Shown: positions 35,301-48,436 of the stretch, piece after piece
How positions within the stretch are numbered: the stretch's first letter is position 1
Layout: each line of letters begins with the position of its first letter
DNA from: Selaginella moellendorffii
Lineage: Eukaryota > Plantae > Lycopodiophyta
NCBI RefSeq assembly: GCF_000143415.4
Contig: NW_003314345.1
Span: 80,574-144,573, forward strand
Length of the DNA: 64,000 nt
Direction: 5' to 3'
The notes under the pieces: generated by a model
The model's input: the letters and a program-made list of their open reading frames with translations, nothing else
Told to the model about the DNA's origin: nothing
Database searches by the model: none
Made by a program: the position numbers and the translations under genes

Positions 35301-36662
35301 TCATGGGACGAAGATATGGATAAAAAGCAACAGGCTCACCAAAAGGCAGGCGACCAGGACAGGTACAGGCACGGTGAAGATAAACAGGATAGGGAGGGAG
35401 CTCCAGACGACAGGGACACGGATAGGCGTCTTTCCACCGGGGCGAACGGTTTGGAAGAACGAGGCAGAGCAAAGGAGGACAAGAGCAGCAGGAAAAGCGT
35501 GAGAAGTTCCGAGGGTCGGTTGAAAAATGCGGAGGCGCTGAAAGGCGAGCACGAGGAGTTTGACAAGGCTGAGACGTACGCAAAGGTTGAGGCTGACAGG
35601 GATAGGAGGTCTGGGAAAGAAGCCCAGAGAACAAATCCTTCCGAGGAGCCAGGCAAGAAAGGAGTGGCTGAAATTCTCGAGGGGAAGCACGACGCCAAGG
35701 ATTACTCCCTTGCAAACAATGCTATCAAGGCGGCTAAAAACTTGAAGCACCACGCGGACCGTCTAAAGGTGAGCGATAGTTTTTCACTCTTAGCTGACAT
35801 ATACTTACACTTCCGTTCGTTTCAGGACGAAACTGCGAAGGATATTTATTTACAGGCAGCTCTCAAGTTTTTGCAAGGTGGAGCTCTTGTGGAGAACGTG
35901 TCTCTTTACAACGACACGGCGGATCTGTTCAAGTGAGTAGACTATCCCTGACAAAGAGACAGCAACCAACACCGTCTTTTCCAGATTTTGTGCATCGCAG
36001 TACGAGCGTGCAAATGACATGCCGGGGGCTCTTTTGGCCTACAAGTGTGCCGCAGTAGCACGCTTTCGAATGGCGCTGCTAAAGAACTCGTCCTTGAGCC
36101 GAGACCGCCGGGAACTCCACTCGGCTCTCCACCGTGCACCCGCGGCAGTCCAGGCGACTCCTCCAACGGGTACAAAAGTTTGGATCGTTTCTGTGCGTGA
36201 CCGGTTTCCTCTTTGCAGGAGAGTCGCCATCCTCTTCTTCGGCATCCGACCTCGACAACCTCAACAGTCAGATGCTCCCCCCTGTCGATAAGACGTTCTC
36301 GAGCACCGGGAAAGGACCCGTGTCACCGCTCGTCCAAAGCACCGGCACTGTACCTCCGGCACTCCAGCCAACGCTTGCTCGTTTCGTTCGGAATGTAAGT
36401 TCAGTTCTCTTGCTTGGATTTGGATCACTCCAGTTCCAGCCATGGATGTAACGCTCTCGCTTCCTTGTTCCAGACCGCAGACGTGTTTGAGGCCTTTGAT
36501 ATCTGGAATAAGGCAGAGAGTGTGCTGGCGGCCGTGGTTGCGGCCAAAGTCCTGACCCCAGACAAGGTGGCTGCGCTGGAGAAGGTTTGCAGCATTGGAT
36601 TCAGCGACGTGGAAGCACTGGTACGCCTTGTCAACCAAGCATTAGAGGCACTGGGGCGATAA
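32380..36662 (+). CDS. CW-type zinc finger protein, multi-exon
   Basis: ELEEGEAC, LGHARKDFEGG, KYGGYGTFLP, CW finger WVECDDCHTWRLLP..WRCEMITWL..PGMNNC, and C-terminal AKNLKHHADRLK / YLQAALKFL. Confidence 0.9.
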
Positions 36663-36809
36663 TCAAGCAAAGCGCGACACACAGAGAAGGATGGGGAAAT
36701 TTTTGATTTATGTAACATATATATGGTCAACAGCCCAACAATGTATCAAAATTCAAGCAGGTTTTTTCTTACAAAATAAAACACTCGATCTTTTAAAACC
36801 TGTATACAG

Positions 36810-36861
36810 TAAACCCTAAACCCTAAACCCTAAACCCTAAACCCTAAACCCTAGGGTTTAG
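36810..36861. repeat. Interstitial plant telomeric repeat (TAAACCC)6 followed by an inverted unit
   Basis: Six perfect units, then TAGGGTTTAG. Confidence 0.95.
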
Positions 36862-36900
36862 TACTTGGGTGGTATATACAAGGTATATTCCAAATCATGC

Positions 36901-38259
<1,359 letters not shown>

Positions 38260-38599
38260 TCAGCCTTCTTTGTTGACTATGTAATATAGCGTGTGGCATG
38301 CAAAACAGAATGGCTATTCGTCCGCCTTTTCCAAAGATTGAACCTTCCTTGGAAGGCCGACTTTGTCTAGCAACAATCACGTTTCAAAGGCAAGGGCAAT
38401 AATTAAGCAAAGCACGACACACAAAGAAGGATGGGATGTATATGGTCAACAGCCCAACAATGTATCAAAATTCAAGTGGATATCATCTATTGTTGGGATA
38501 GAATTCCAGCCAGAAGGGCGGAGTGACGTTTCAAGGCTCCCAAAATCCCCTGGGTAAAGCAGCAGCAACCAACATAAGCAAGCAAAGCAGGAGGAGAAA

Positions 38600-39479
38600 A
38601 CTTTCTCAGAACTTCGTGCTGCCATAAAACAGTGCACAGTGATGCACGACCTAGAAAGGGAGACAAATCCATGCAGCACTGATTGCTACCAGGCTGCAGA
38701 TCAACCAGTATTTAGCACATGCCTTGATCAGAATGTACGGAGCATGCCGGAGCATGGAGCTCGCAGAGCAGGTGTTCGATGAGATGCCTGAGCGGGAACT
38801 CTGGGCCTGGTCCTCACTGATAAAAGGGTATGTCGACAATAGGGAATGTTTGAAAGCCTTAGATGTGTTCACGGCCATGGACTGCAAACCAGATAGTTTC
38901 ACATATATGGTAGCACTTATGGCATGTAAGCGGTTGGTAAGAGAGAAACAAGCAGAAAAGCAACAGTGGCTGAACATGGGACTTTCTATTCATAGACAAG
39001 TGAAGGATTCGGGATGTCATGTTAATACATTTTTACAGACATGTCTTATTGACGTGTATGGACATTGTGGCAGGATGGACTTGGCTGCTGATGTCTTTCA
39101 CAAGATGGCAGTTAAAAATGTTGCTAGTTGGAATAGTATGATCCTAGGCTATGTAGAGAGTGGGAAATGGGCAAATGCCATGGATCTGTACGCAAGAATG
39201 GACTGTAAACCGAACCATATCACATACATTGCGGCTCTTAAGGCATATACAGGTTGTGCTAGTGAAAAATTATCAACGTCAGGCAAAATATCATGTCTTC
39301 AACAAGGCATTGATATCCATAAGAAGACTGAAGCTGCTGGCTTTGATCGTAACATTTTTGTGGCTAAAGCTTTGCTCAATATGTACTGTAAATGTGGACA
39401 AATGAAAGTTGCCGAACAAGTGTTTGTTAGCATGAATTGTAGAGATACATCCCCACAGCTCCTTGGTACCTCTATATGA
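38600..39479 (+). pseudogene. Truncated PLS-class PPR gene
   Basis: ALIRMYGAC, CLIDVYGHCG and LLNMYCKCG repeats; ends abruptly with no E/DYW domain. Confidence 0.75.
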
Positions 39480-40659
39480 ACCATCACAGGTTATAAACAT
39501 CAAGTATAATTTCAACATAACTGTGCCTGGAGTGGCGACGAGGGTGGGCAGGCGAGCCAGCCCAGGGTGTGCCCGCCTGCGCACCCTCGGCCCCAAGGTG
39601 GCCGCCATGTAGCTGGGAGGCCTTGGCCAAGGGGCCAGGGGAGGGGCCGGGGTCTCGTACCCTGCCCATGGCAGAGGCCAAGGACTTGGCCACGGGGGGG
39701 GATGGGCAGGGTCTCGTACCCTACCCATCCTGCCTGCCCCCAACCTGCCCATGGTCCCCCTCGCCGGATCATCCATCTAAACCGCTAAACATTGCCAAGG
39801 AATGCCAACACCGGATCATTAGAAGGACTTAGAAGCATTTGGAGCACTATAGATGAGCATAGCACTATGCATGAATTTTTCAGGAATTCTTGACTAGCCT
39901 GAATGGTAGAACCTGATTGAGCATTTCAAATAGTATCATATAGACAATAGGCATAGCTTGCATAGGTAACCCCATTAGCAGTAGACCAGCAATAGCAATA
40001 GCAGTAAACCTCAGGCTAAACAGCAATAGCACAACTTCCAATCTAGCTTATATTTCTCATCTGTTTGATTTCTTAGAACTGCACCTAGATATCCATTACA
40101 TAAACTAGGAGAGAAATACATTGCAGTCTAGGCATTAGGAAAATAAACATACTCAAACCTTTGTGAATTTCATGAGTTTTTATTTTATTTTAATTTTTTC
40201 AGGTTTCTGTGCGGGAAGGAAGCGGAGTCCAACCTCTAGCGGCTGAAGGTATTAGCTTTGGTGCCTTCTTTGGAAAGGTGGCTCAGGATCGGACTGCAGG
40301 TGGAACTGGACAGTGGCACATGATGCTGCATGTTGAGGAGATTAACTTTCTTCCGGGCAAAAGCCGGGTAGAGGCAAATGCTGCTTGGCGATTGCTGCTA
40401 CCTCTCCAATCTTGTCATTCTTCGGTATGGCAAGTTCAATTCAGGAAAGGATTGTGAGCGAGCTCGATAAGGACATGGCAACCGCAGTCGATCGTCTTAA
40501 CTTTGTTCAGGTACTCTCAAGCAGCGAGCAACCGGGAGTGGGAGCGAGCTCCAACTCCATGGTTGCTCCACTAGAGGCCATGCCACTAGTGAGTCCTAGC
40601 TCCGAGCTGGGATTGAGTTCCGGGACTCCTCCCGGTGGAATCCTCGCTCGATGGTGAGT

Positions 40660-41336
40660 CCGACACCGAGCTAGCCTCGGTTACACAGGAGTGGATTCGG
40701 CTATCCCCACGGTAGAGATGGTGGTACCTGCGCATACATTCGTCCTGTATCCTCTCAAGCTCCTGAGCGAGGGGATAGCTTATCGCGTAGCCGGCTCCTC
40801 GATAGGCCATGTTGGAACTGAAGCCGAGCACATTCTGGAAGTGGCTCTCCGAGGTGGTGCCGATGTAGTAAGGCTGATGGTGGTCGTACTTGCTCAACAC
40901 CTTCACCAAGTTGTAGGGGAAAACAACCGTGTCGTCGTCGGCCATGACAAACCAATGCACGTCGGGGAGCCGGAGACGAACCATCTCGGATCTCGAGCAC
41001 CATGATCGGAGGCAGCGTGGATCGGTCCGTCTCCTCCTCGGCCAGGTCGGTCGTCCATCCAGACGAACCCCCGCATCCTTCCAGGCTCCCACCATGATCG
41101 GATGTAGTTCTTGCGGGAGTTCCACGCCTGGGAGCTCGAGGGAGGCCGAAGAGGAGATTGTGGAGCGTGGTCGGCTCTCCCGATGCTGCGGAGCTCAATT
41201 TCGCTGGGGATCGTGAGGAATCCGTGAAGAATCGATGGGGCCAAGTGATGATCCAGCAGGCGACTACCACGAACATGATCGCGCATTTCTTGACAAGCGC
41301 GGCGTTCGAGGGAGGAGGGCGCGAGGGTTTTTGCAT
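40660..41336 (-). pseudogene. DUF604/Fringe-like glycosyltransferase fragment, frameshifted
   Basis: RKNYIRSWW..RGFVWMD, WFVMADDDTV, YYIGTTSESH.QN, AGYAISYPLA, spread across three frames. Confidence 0.85.
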
Positions 41337-41346
41337 CGCGGCAGCT

Positions 41347-42007
41347 ATGGCGTTCCCTTACTTGGAAGCTGTTGTCGGTAAGAATTTTTGATGGTTCGTG
41401 TTCGCGAAGTGTTGTTGTTTTTGTTGTTTTTTTCTCCGCAGGTTTTATGATATTCATGTACTTCTTTGAGAGCTACTTACATTTTCGATAGTACAGGGCT
41501 CTGCAGCTCCCGACTTTGCCTCCAACCTTGAAAGGTGTAGTTAGCCAGGAGACGTTTAAGAAGTCTCGCGCCTATACTCTCGAAAAAAGGTTAGCTTCCT
41601 TATTTTATTTGCGAATTTATTTCTTGCATGTTACTGATGCTTTCATATTCTTTGTGACAGTCGTTTCCAGGTCATTCATTCGACGTGGTCTATAATCGAG
41701 GAGAGTGCTATTTTACTTTTGAAGGCGTTGCCTTGGGTTTGGCTGGTAAGTGTGCTGTTGTATGTCACCGTAATGTCATGTTCTTTTATGATAATTTTTT
41801 TGGACATTCAGAAATCGGAAGCTATAGTTGTTTGGCTAGGTTTTGATCCGCAGAACGAAATCGCTCATACGTTGGCGTTTCTTGGACTTACGATGCTATG
41901 GTCTCAAGTAAACAAACGTCTGATTTTCGCCTTTTCCTAGTAACTGTGTATTCTGTATGCAGATAAGTGAGATCCCTTTTTCTTTGTATGCAACATTCGT
42001 CATTGAG
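41347..42007 (+). pseudogene. STE24: 5' fragment of a CAAX prenyl protease 1 (STE24/FACE1-like) gene with introns and a premature stop
   Basis: MAFPYLEAVV, FMIFMYFFESYLHFR*YRALQLPTLP, SQETFKKSRAY, NEIAHTLAFL, IPFSLYATFVIE. Confidence 0.85.
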
Positions 42008-42279
42008 GACCCCAACGAGCTGCCAGGCCGGGAAGTACGCATCTGGATCCAGCGATCGCTGGCCAACTCGTGGAGAGGCACAACACGCCATGTGCTGGAG
42101 CACCCTTGTGCTGCGGGGCCCGGGGCGGCACAAGGGCCGCGCGGGCTGGCCGAGGGGTGTGGGGAGGCGCCAGGCCGCACCCACTTAGCCCCAACATAGC
42201 CTGGATCCCTCCCACTGCCACAAAAGTGTTGTACCCTACCTCAAGGGTAGGTTGGTGTCACAAATTGATGGGAGTGAGG

Positions 42280-42990
42280 GATGAACTTTAGCGGATCGTA
42301 GTAGCAAGGCCATTCTGCCGCTTACAGTACCCCATCCCTTATTTAAGTCGTTTGTAAAGGATTTATCTCCTTGTTCGTTCAGAATTGCAATCCGAAACCA
42401 GTTCACTTCATGTGTTCTCTGGGCCACCCTTACAACATTGGGGAACAACCAGGGAGGTTGATAGTGCCACTTTTAGCACAGATTCTGACTTAAAGGTGTT
42501 TGGTTATAATCCCCTACATGGTAGCCACTTCTAGCACAGATTCTGACTTATAGGCGTTCGGTTATAATCCCTTGCATGGTAGCCACTAGCTTTTCAGCCA
42601 AGTGCAATGACTAGTGATGCGAATCAATGGTTCCTCTCATACTATTAATGTGGCGCCACGCATTAGTAGAGTAAAACTAACCTGTCTCATGACAGTCTAA
42701 ACCCAACTCACATTCTTTATTGGTGGGTGAATAATTTAACATTTGGTGAATTTTGCTTCACAATGATAGAAAGAGCTGACATCAAAGGATCAAAAAGCAA
42801 TGTCACAAGCCAATTATCCCTATGGTAACTTTTCTGAAAATTTCTGAAAATCAAAAGGATTGATAAGCCATGCTTTCTATACTGAAGATCAAAATTAAAC
42901 AAATTTTTACCATTTTGTTCCACATGAGATTTCTATTCTCATTGAGCTCATCTTAGGACACCTGTGTTATCTTTTAACAGATGTGCTGCC
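42280..42990 (-). pseudogene. Degenerate 25S/28S rRNA 3' fragment, probably with 3' spacer to ~42010
   Basis: Reverse complement of conserved LSU blocks (agcaaggcca.tctgcc, gtaaaactaacctgtctca, atcaaaggatcaaaaagcaa, catcttaggacacctg), with deletions, CpG decay and a ~58-nt tandem duplication at ~42465-42590. Confidence 0.92.
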
Positions 42991-43536
42991 TAGGGAAACT
43001 TACCAAGTCCAAACATGGTGGTGCATGGCTGTTCTTAGTTGGTGGATTGATTTGTTTAGTTAATTTCGATAATGAATGAGACCTCAACTTGCTAATTAGC
43101 TACATGGAGGCTTGCTTCCATGGCCAGCTTTTTAGAGGGACTTTTCACTTCCAACGGAAGGAAGTTTGAGGCAATAACAGGTTTATGATGCCTTTAGATG
43201 TTCTGGGAAGCATGCACATTACACTAATGGACTCAATGAGTGTGTGCTTGGGCTGAAAGGCTTGGGTAATCTTGTGAAAATCCATCATTATGGGGATAGA
43301 TCATTGCAATTATTGATTTTTAACAAGGAATTCTTAGTAAGTGTGAGTCATGACTACATCCTTGCCCTTTGTACAGACTGCCCATTGCTCTTACCAATTA
43401 AATGATCTAGTGAAGTGTTTGGATTGTAGCGATGCCAGCAGTTCACCACTGGTGACAATATAAGAAGTTCATTTAACCTTATCATTTAGAGGAAGGAGAA
43501 GTCATAACAAAGTTTCCGTAGGTGAAAGGATCATTG
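42991..43536 (+). pseudogene. Degenerate 18S rRNA 3' fragment, followed by ITS1-like sequence
   Basis: ggtggtgcatggc, gaggcaataacagg, catttagaggaaggagaagtc.taacaa.gtttccgtaggtgaa, ggatcattg. Confidence 0.93.
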
Positions 43537-43634
43537 ACACATATCTGTAACTTCTGCAGACCGTGAACTTATATTGTACCCCAAGGGACCACACCCAGAA
43601 GTGCAGTTGGCTAGTGTTGTGGGCTCACAACCTC

Positions 43635-44025
43635 CCGCCTGTGGGTGATGCCATAGGTGGGGGTCACAGCTGTGGGTGATGCCATGGTTGGTGGTCCGCA
43701 AGGCTGGTCAGGTGGAGGATGCAGCTGTCCTGCATTCGGGTTAATCCAAGACTTTCCACCTGTGGGTGATGCCATGGGTGGGGGTCCCAATTGCAAGCCT
43801 TATCAGCAGTGGTTATTCCTAGCATGGGTCAGTTGTGCTGGCTGCTTGGCACTTCTGGATGTGCAACCTTCCCACTTGTGGGTGATGCCATGAGCGGGGG
43901 GGTCACAACTGTGGGTGATGTCATGGTTGCCAGGCAGCTTCATCTGCCCAGTGTGCACGGGCAATGGGACTTCTCGCTTGTAGTGATGTGGGTGGGGTCA
44001 CCGGCTGTGGGTGATGCCATGTTTG
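43635..44025. repeat. Higher-order minisatellite with a TGTGGGTGATGCCAT core
   Basis: Core at ~43640, 43671, 43761, 43877, 43910 and 44006; period ~115-120 bp. Confidence 0.8.
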
Positions 44026-45739
44026 TGATTCAGTACCTATATGGTCCTTATTAACCATATAGTTACCAGTACTATGTGGTTGATCACAGTTAACCAACAA
44101 TTATATAACCAACACCTTAATTATTGTAGTTCCTCTATATTTATGCTAGAATGAAAATCTACATACAACAGCTACTTAATATTTATCACAACAAAATTTT
44201 GGTAAAACCTTCACCTTCTTTTATCCTCCTTTCTTTATAAATATATCTAACATATAATGTCATATTTATGCATATTAAAAAAACTATAAATGGGTGCAAG
44301 TTTTATTCCTTGTTACAATTTTAACCATTGATCTATTTTAAACATATAAGAACTTAAATATATACATATTCTAAAAAATATTCTTTATGAGTTGAGTGTA
44401 ACCACTACTTTAAACCACTATTATGATTACTAAACCAAAATTTAGTGAGAAGAGATATTAATTGTCAATTCAAAAAATATATTAGCATATACTAGCATTT
44501 ACTTAAAATATTCATTAAAGTCCATATTGCCCCAAGAATCTATACTAGCAGAGAGCTGTAGCACTACTCTGCGATATGTCAATACAAAAATGGCCCCTCC
44601 ATTATGCACATATTGAAGACATGGCTGTTTTTATATCTTGATTAGCTACTTTAAGCAAGGGGAAGTAGAAACCATCCCGAATACAAATTGGTTTCAGTTC
44701 TTAGTAGAATCCAAGCAACATCAGCTTCATGTTGGACACCAGCCCCAGATCCCCAAAGAAGCGTCCAGAGCCACTGACATATTTCATATCATAAAAGGAA
44801 AGACAGAGAGAAGCAACCTTTTTTGGATGCAATGCTCTGCCAGTCACAGTGTTTCTTCTCGTGGTCTTGCTGACCACTCAATTTGTCAAAATGATGTTGA
44901 ATGTATATACAATAGTAGCTCCCGCGAATGACGAAGTGCTGAAGATTGTTAGGCGGTGCCCTGGACCAGGTATTTTTTTATTTCACCTTTGACGAGGTAG
45001 TTTTCAAGGTTTGATCGATCTTTGACAAAATTGTTATAGTCAGATCAACTCCACTTTTATAGGAGTAGAGGTCTAGCTCACAGGTTACTGTTACCTAGTA
45101 AGTGACTCCACGGAATTGTTAAGTTGTGTTTTCTTTTTTTGCAGTCCAATAAGCGACTCTTCTTCACAGGTTATCACCTGTGACTTGAACTCTACAAAGA
45201 ACTGTACATAGCCTGAAACTCTGAAACCATACTTACCGGCAAACGCGTTTGCACGTGCGTAGTGAATATACCGAATATTCTTTCTTTTAGGGTTCTTAGC
45301 CGTGATGAAGTATGAACCTTTGCATGTGCAACATCTGAATGATGAATGCATGATGATCAAATGCAACTACTGAGAGATGGATAGAGAACTAACATGTCTT
45401 GCCTTGCTTCCGCTTGATAATCCTTTCCAGCACAGTCCATAGCCGCCAAGAGAGAGGAAACCCTAATAAGCAAAGACAAGCTTCTCGGTAGCAGAGAGAG
45501 AAAATCCTAATATACAACCTCCCGCGGAGAAATCTGATCCTGATCGTGAACAGGGGCGAGATTGCGTGCCGGATCATCAACTTTTTTTAGTGATACCGTT
45601 TGCAGCAAATTTTTGCGTTTCCACGTTTGCAACATTTGTGCGTTTGCGTGGTAAGTATGCTCTGAACACATTTTCGAGTGTGAGGTTCTTCAAAACCTCC
45701 AGAGTCCAGGAAGTTTAGGAGGCCTTAAAGGAAGGAATC

Positions 45740-48208
45740 ATGCTGGTGCCAGTGGTGTGCTTGTGGATGCTGCTGCTGAGCAGGGCAGAAGCTCAATCTC
45801 TAACTCCAGGTAGCATTCTCACGCCCGGAAGCAATCGCTTCTGGACGTCCTCCAACGGCATGTTCGGCTTGGGATTCTTCAATTCATCAGCCCCCACCAC
45901 TGAAATTCATGTCGGGATTGCTTTCGTGGATCAGATGCCTCCGACGCTGGTATGGATGCCCAATAGGACCCAGAGTTTGAGCAGCAACAGCAGCTTGCAA
46001 GTCACAGACTCCGGTCTCGTAATCATCGAGTCTGGCGAGACAGTGTGGCGGAGCGGTGCAGCTGGAGCGGTCGTAGCAGAAGCCGAGCTCCTGGATGTGG
46101 GAAATTTCGTGTTGAGATCTGCAAGCTCCAACATAGTGTGGCAGAGTTTTGATTTCCCCACGGATACTCTGCTACTGGGACAGAAGCTACTGCCGATTGC
46201 TGGCCAGGCTCTTTCATCTTGGAGGACCAAGGCTGATCCAAAGCCAGGGCCGTTCTCGATGGTCATGGACGGGGACATGTCCAAGCCGCGGCTGCTGTAC
46301 CAAGGTGCAATCGAGTACTGGAGCTGGACCACAGCGAAGTTCAATGAGTTCAGATTCTCGGATGATCCTGGGAACGAGACTACCGGGAACCTTACTGTTG
46401 GTTCGATCATCCAGGATTCATACTGCGACGCGCAGCTGGTGAGCACCGAGTTCGCGAATTACAGGAAGAGGCTCACACTCGATCCGGACGGTAACTTTCG
46501 GTACTATGTCCGAGCACCGAATTCAACCAAGTGGGGGGTGGTGTGGAGAGCTCTCTTTGATGCCTGCGATGTGTACAGCACCTGCGGTATTAACGGCTTG
46601 TGCGACTTCAATTCTCCAGCCAACTCCAAGCCTCCCGCCGGCTGTCCCGTGGCTGATGAAGATCCACACCCGTGCAGTTGTCCACCCGGCTACCGTCCCG
46701 TCGACTCCAGTGAGCCGCAGATTGGATGCCAGCCCCAGGAACCGCTCAGGTGCCCATCGAGAGACTTCCAAAAGCTTAACGACACTGTGTTTGCGGAGCT
46801 CTTACCTTCAAAAGAAGCCGACTACAGAAACATCAAGGAGTCCGAGTGCGTAATCAACTGCGGGAACCAGCTGAACTGTAGCTCCTGCGCTGCTGCCGTG
46901 TATTCCACGGCTTCTTCCGAGTGCTGGCTCGTGGCGTCACCTCTTGTGAACGGCAGCATCTCTTCGAGTTCAGGTAAGCTTGTTTACGTGCGAGTGCCAC
47001 CCTCGAATTCATCATCTGGTGGGGGTTTGACGCTGGGGGCGAAAGTTGGGATCGGGATAGGCACGCCGAGCTTCTTGTTGGTACTGCTGCTGTGTTCTGT
47101 GCTCGGGTCATATGAATACAAGCGGTACAGGAAAGGTCAAGTCCTGAAGCATGGAGTCTCGGAAGGTGTTGGAGGATTACAGAAGTTCAGCTATGACTAT
47201 CTGAAGTGTGTTACGAAGGACTTTGCGAATGTGTTGGGACAAGGTGGCTATGGCGCTGTCTACCTCGGGGTGTTACCGGACGATACAAGAGTAGCGGTCA
47301 AGCTCCTGAATGAAGGTTTTCCACAAGAATTCGATTCAGGCTCAAACGAGGACAAGAGTTTCTTGGCAGAGGTGGCAACTCTCGCGAACATACGCCACTC
47401 AAACGTGGTACACTTGCTGGGCTTCTGTCTGGAGGCTCCCAAGCATCTACTGGTGTATGAGTATTTGGAGAATAAGTCGCTGGACAAGGTCCTCTTCGAG
47501 CCGACCACACCGCTCACGAAGTGGAAGACCAGGATGCAAATTCTCATAGGTGCAGCCCGAGGGATCGAGTACTTCCATAGTTACAGCGGTGACAGGAGAG
47601 TTGTTCACCGGGACATCAAGCCGGCCAACGTGCTCCTGACTGCCGACTTCCACGCCAAGGTTGCGGACTTCGGGCTGGCCAAGATCATGGACACTGCGAC
47701 TCATACCACCAACTTCACTATGCCTGGGACAGTCGGCTACCGGGCTCCGGAATGCACCATCATCGGCGACGCCATCACCGTTCAGGCCGACGTCTTCAGC
47801 TTTGGAGTCGTGTGCATAGAAGTTGTATCCGGGAGGCGGCTCGTGTACGTGGAACAACAAGGACGGACTCGGGTCCTGCTCTTCAGGAGGGCTCTGGAGC
47901 TCATGCTGCAGGAGGAGTACATGAAGCTGGTCGACGAGAGGCTTGCAGAGGACGGGATCGATGAGGACGAGGTGCGGAAGGTGGTGAGAGTTGCCGGCTG
48001 GTGCTTGCAGGAGGATCCCAAGCAGAGGCCCACTATGGACGCCGTGGTAGCACTGCTGAACGACGATACCAAGGCCGTTGAAATGCCACCGTTGGAAGGC
48101 AGCCTGCCGGCCTACGTGTTCAGGAACTTTGAGAGCGAGGATGAAGTTTCGGTTGCAAGGTTGACCGGCGACACCCTTTCCGTCGGCTCAAGCTTGGCTC
48201 GTGAATGA
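45740..48208 (+). CDS. G-type lectin S-domain receptor-like Ser/Thr kinase, intronless
   Basis: Signal peptide, B-lectin WQSFDFPTDTLL, Cys-rich EGF/PAN region, TM helix, GQGGYG, VAVK, HRDIKPAN, DFG. Confidence 0.96.
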   Translation: MLVPVVCLWMLLLSRAEAQSLTPGSILTPGSNRFWTSSNGMFGLGFFNSSAPTTEIHVGIAFVDQMPPTLVWMPNRTQSLSSNSSLQVTDSGLVIIESGETVWRSGAAGAVVAEAELLDVGNFVLRSASSNIVWQSFDFPTDTLLLGQKLLPIAGQALSSWRTKADPKPGPFSMVMDGDMSKPRLLYQGAIEYWSWTTAKFNEFRFSDDPGNETTGNLTVGSIIQDSYCDAQLVSTEFANYRKRLTLDPDGNFRYYVRAPNSTKWGVVWRALFDACDVYSTCGINGLCDFNSPANSKPPAGCPVADEDPHPCSCPPGYRPVDSSEPQIGCQPQEPLRCPSRDFQKLNDTVFAELLPSKEADYRNIKESECVINCGNQLNCSSCAAAVYSTASSECWLVASPLVNGSISSSSGKLVYVRVPPSNSSSGGGLTLGAKVGIGIGTPSFLLVLLLCSVLGSYEYKRYRKGQVLKHGVSEGVGGLQKFSYDYLKCVTKDFANVLGQGGYGAVYLGVLPDDTRVAVKLLNEGFPQEFDSGSNEDKSFLAEVATLANIRHSNVVHLLGFCLEAPKHLLVYEYLENKSLDKVLFEPTTPLTKWKTRMQILIGAARGIEYFHSYSGDRRVVHRDIKPANVLLTADFHAKVADFGLAKIMDTATHTTNFTMPGTVGYRAPECTIIGDAITVQADVFSFGVVCIEVVSGRRLVYVEQQGRTRVLLFRRALELMLQEEYMKLVDERLAEDGIDEDEVRKVVRVAGWCLQEDPKQRPTMDAVVALLNDDTKAVEMPPLEGSLPAYVFRNFESEDEVSVARLTGDTLSVGSSLARE

Positions 48209-48436
48209 AAATGATTGTCTTGTCAAGTGTCAAGTCCGACCAAATTGAATTCAGCTCAAGGCATGAACTTGGTGTACAACTGCATCACACTGCACAACGG
48301 CAATCAAAGTGTCAATCATGACCTCGCCACCCTGTGACTTACCTCGTTAACAAGGTTTTGCCTTTCATCTTCCTCCTCCTTCTCCGGTCTCTGGTGGAGG
48401 GACAGGTGCTCCATTTGCATCATCTGGTCGGGATAG

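Noticed and set aside
43635-44025. CRISPR-like repeat-spacer appearance
   Set aside because: Cores are too short and irregular, the spacers are related to each other, the context is eukaryotic and there are no cas genes.
39480-44600. Helitron or CACTA boundaries around the fragment mosaic
   Set aside because: No convincing hairpin-CTRR end, TIR pair or TSD found by eye.
44900-45600. Possible spliced minus-strand gene fragments
   Set aside because: Splice-like signals are present but there is no identifiable product.
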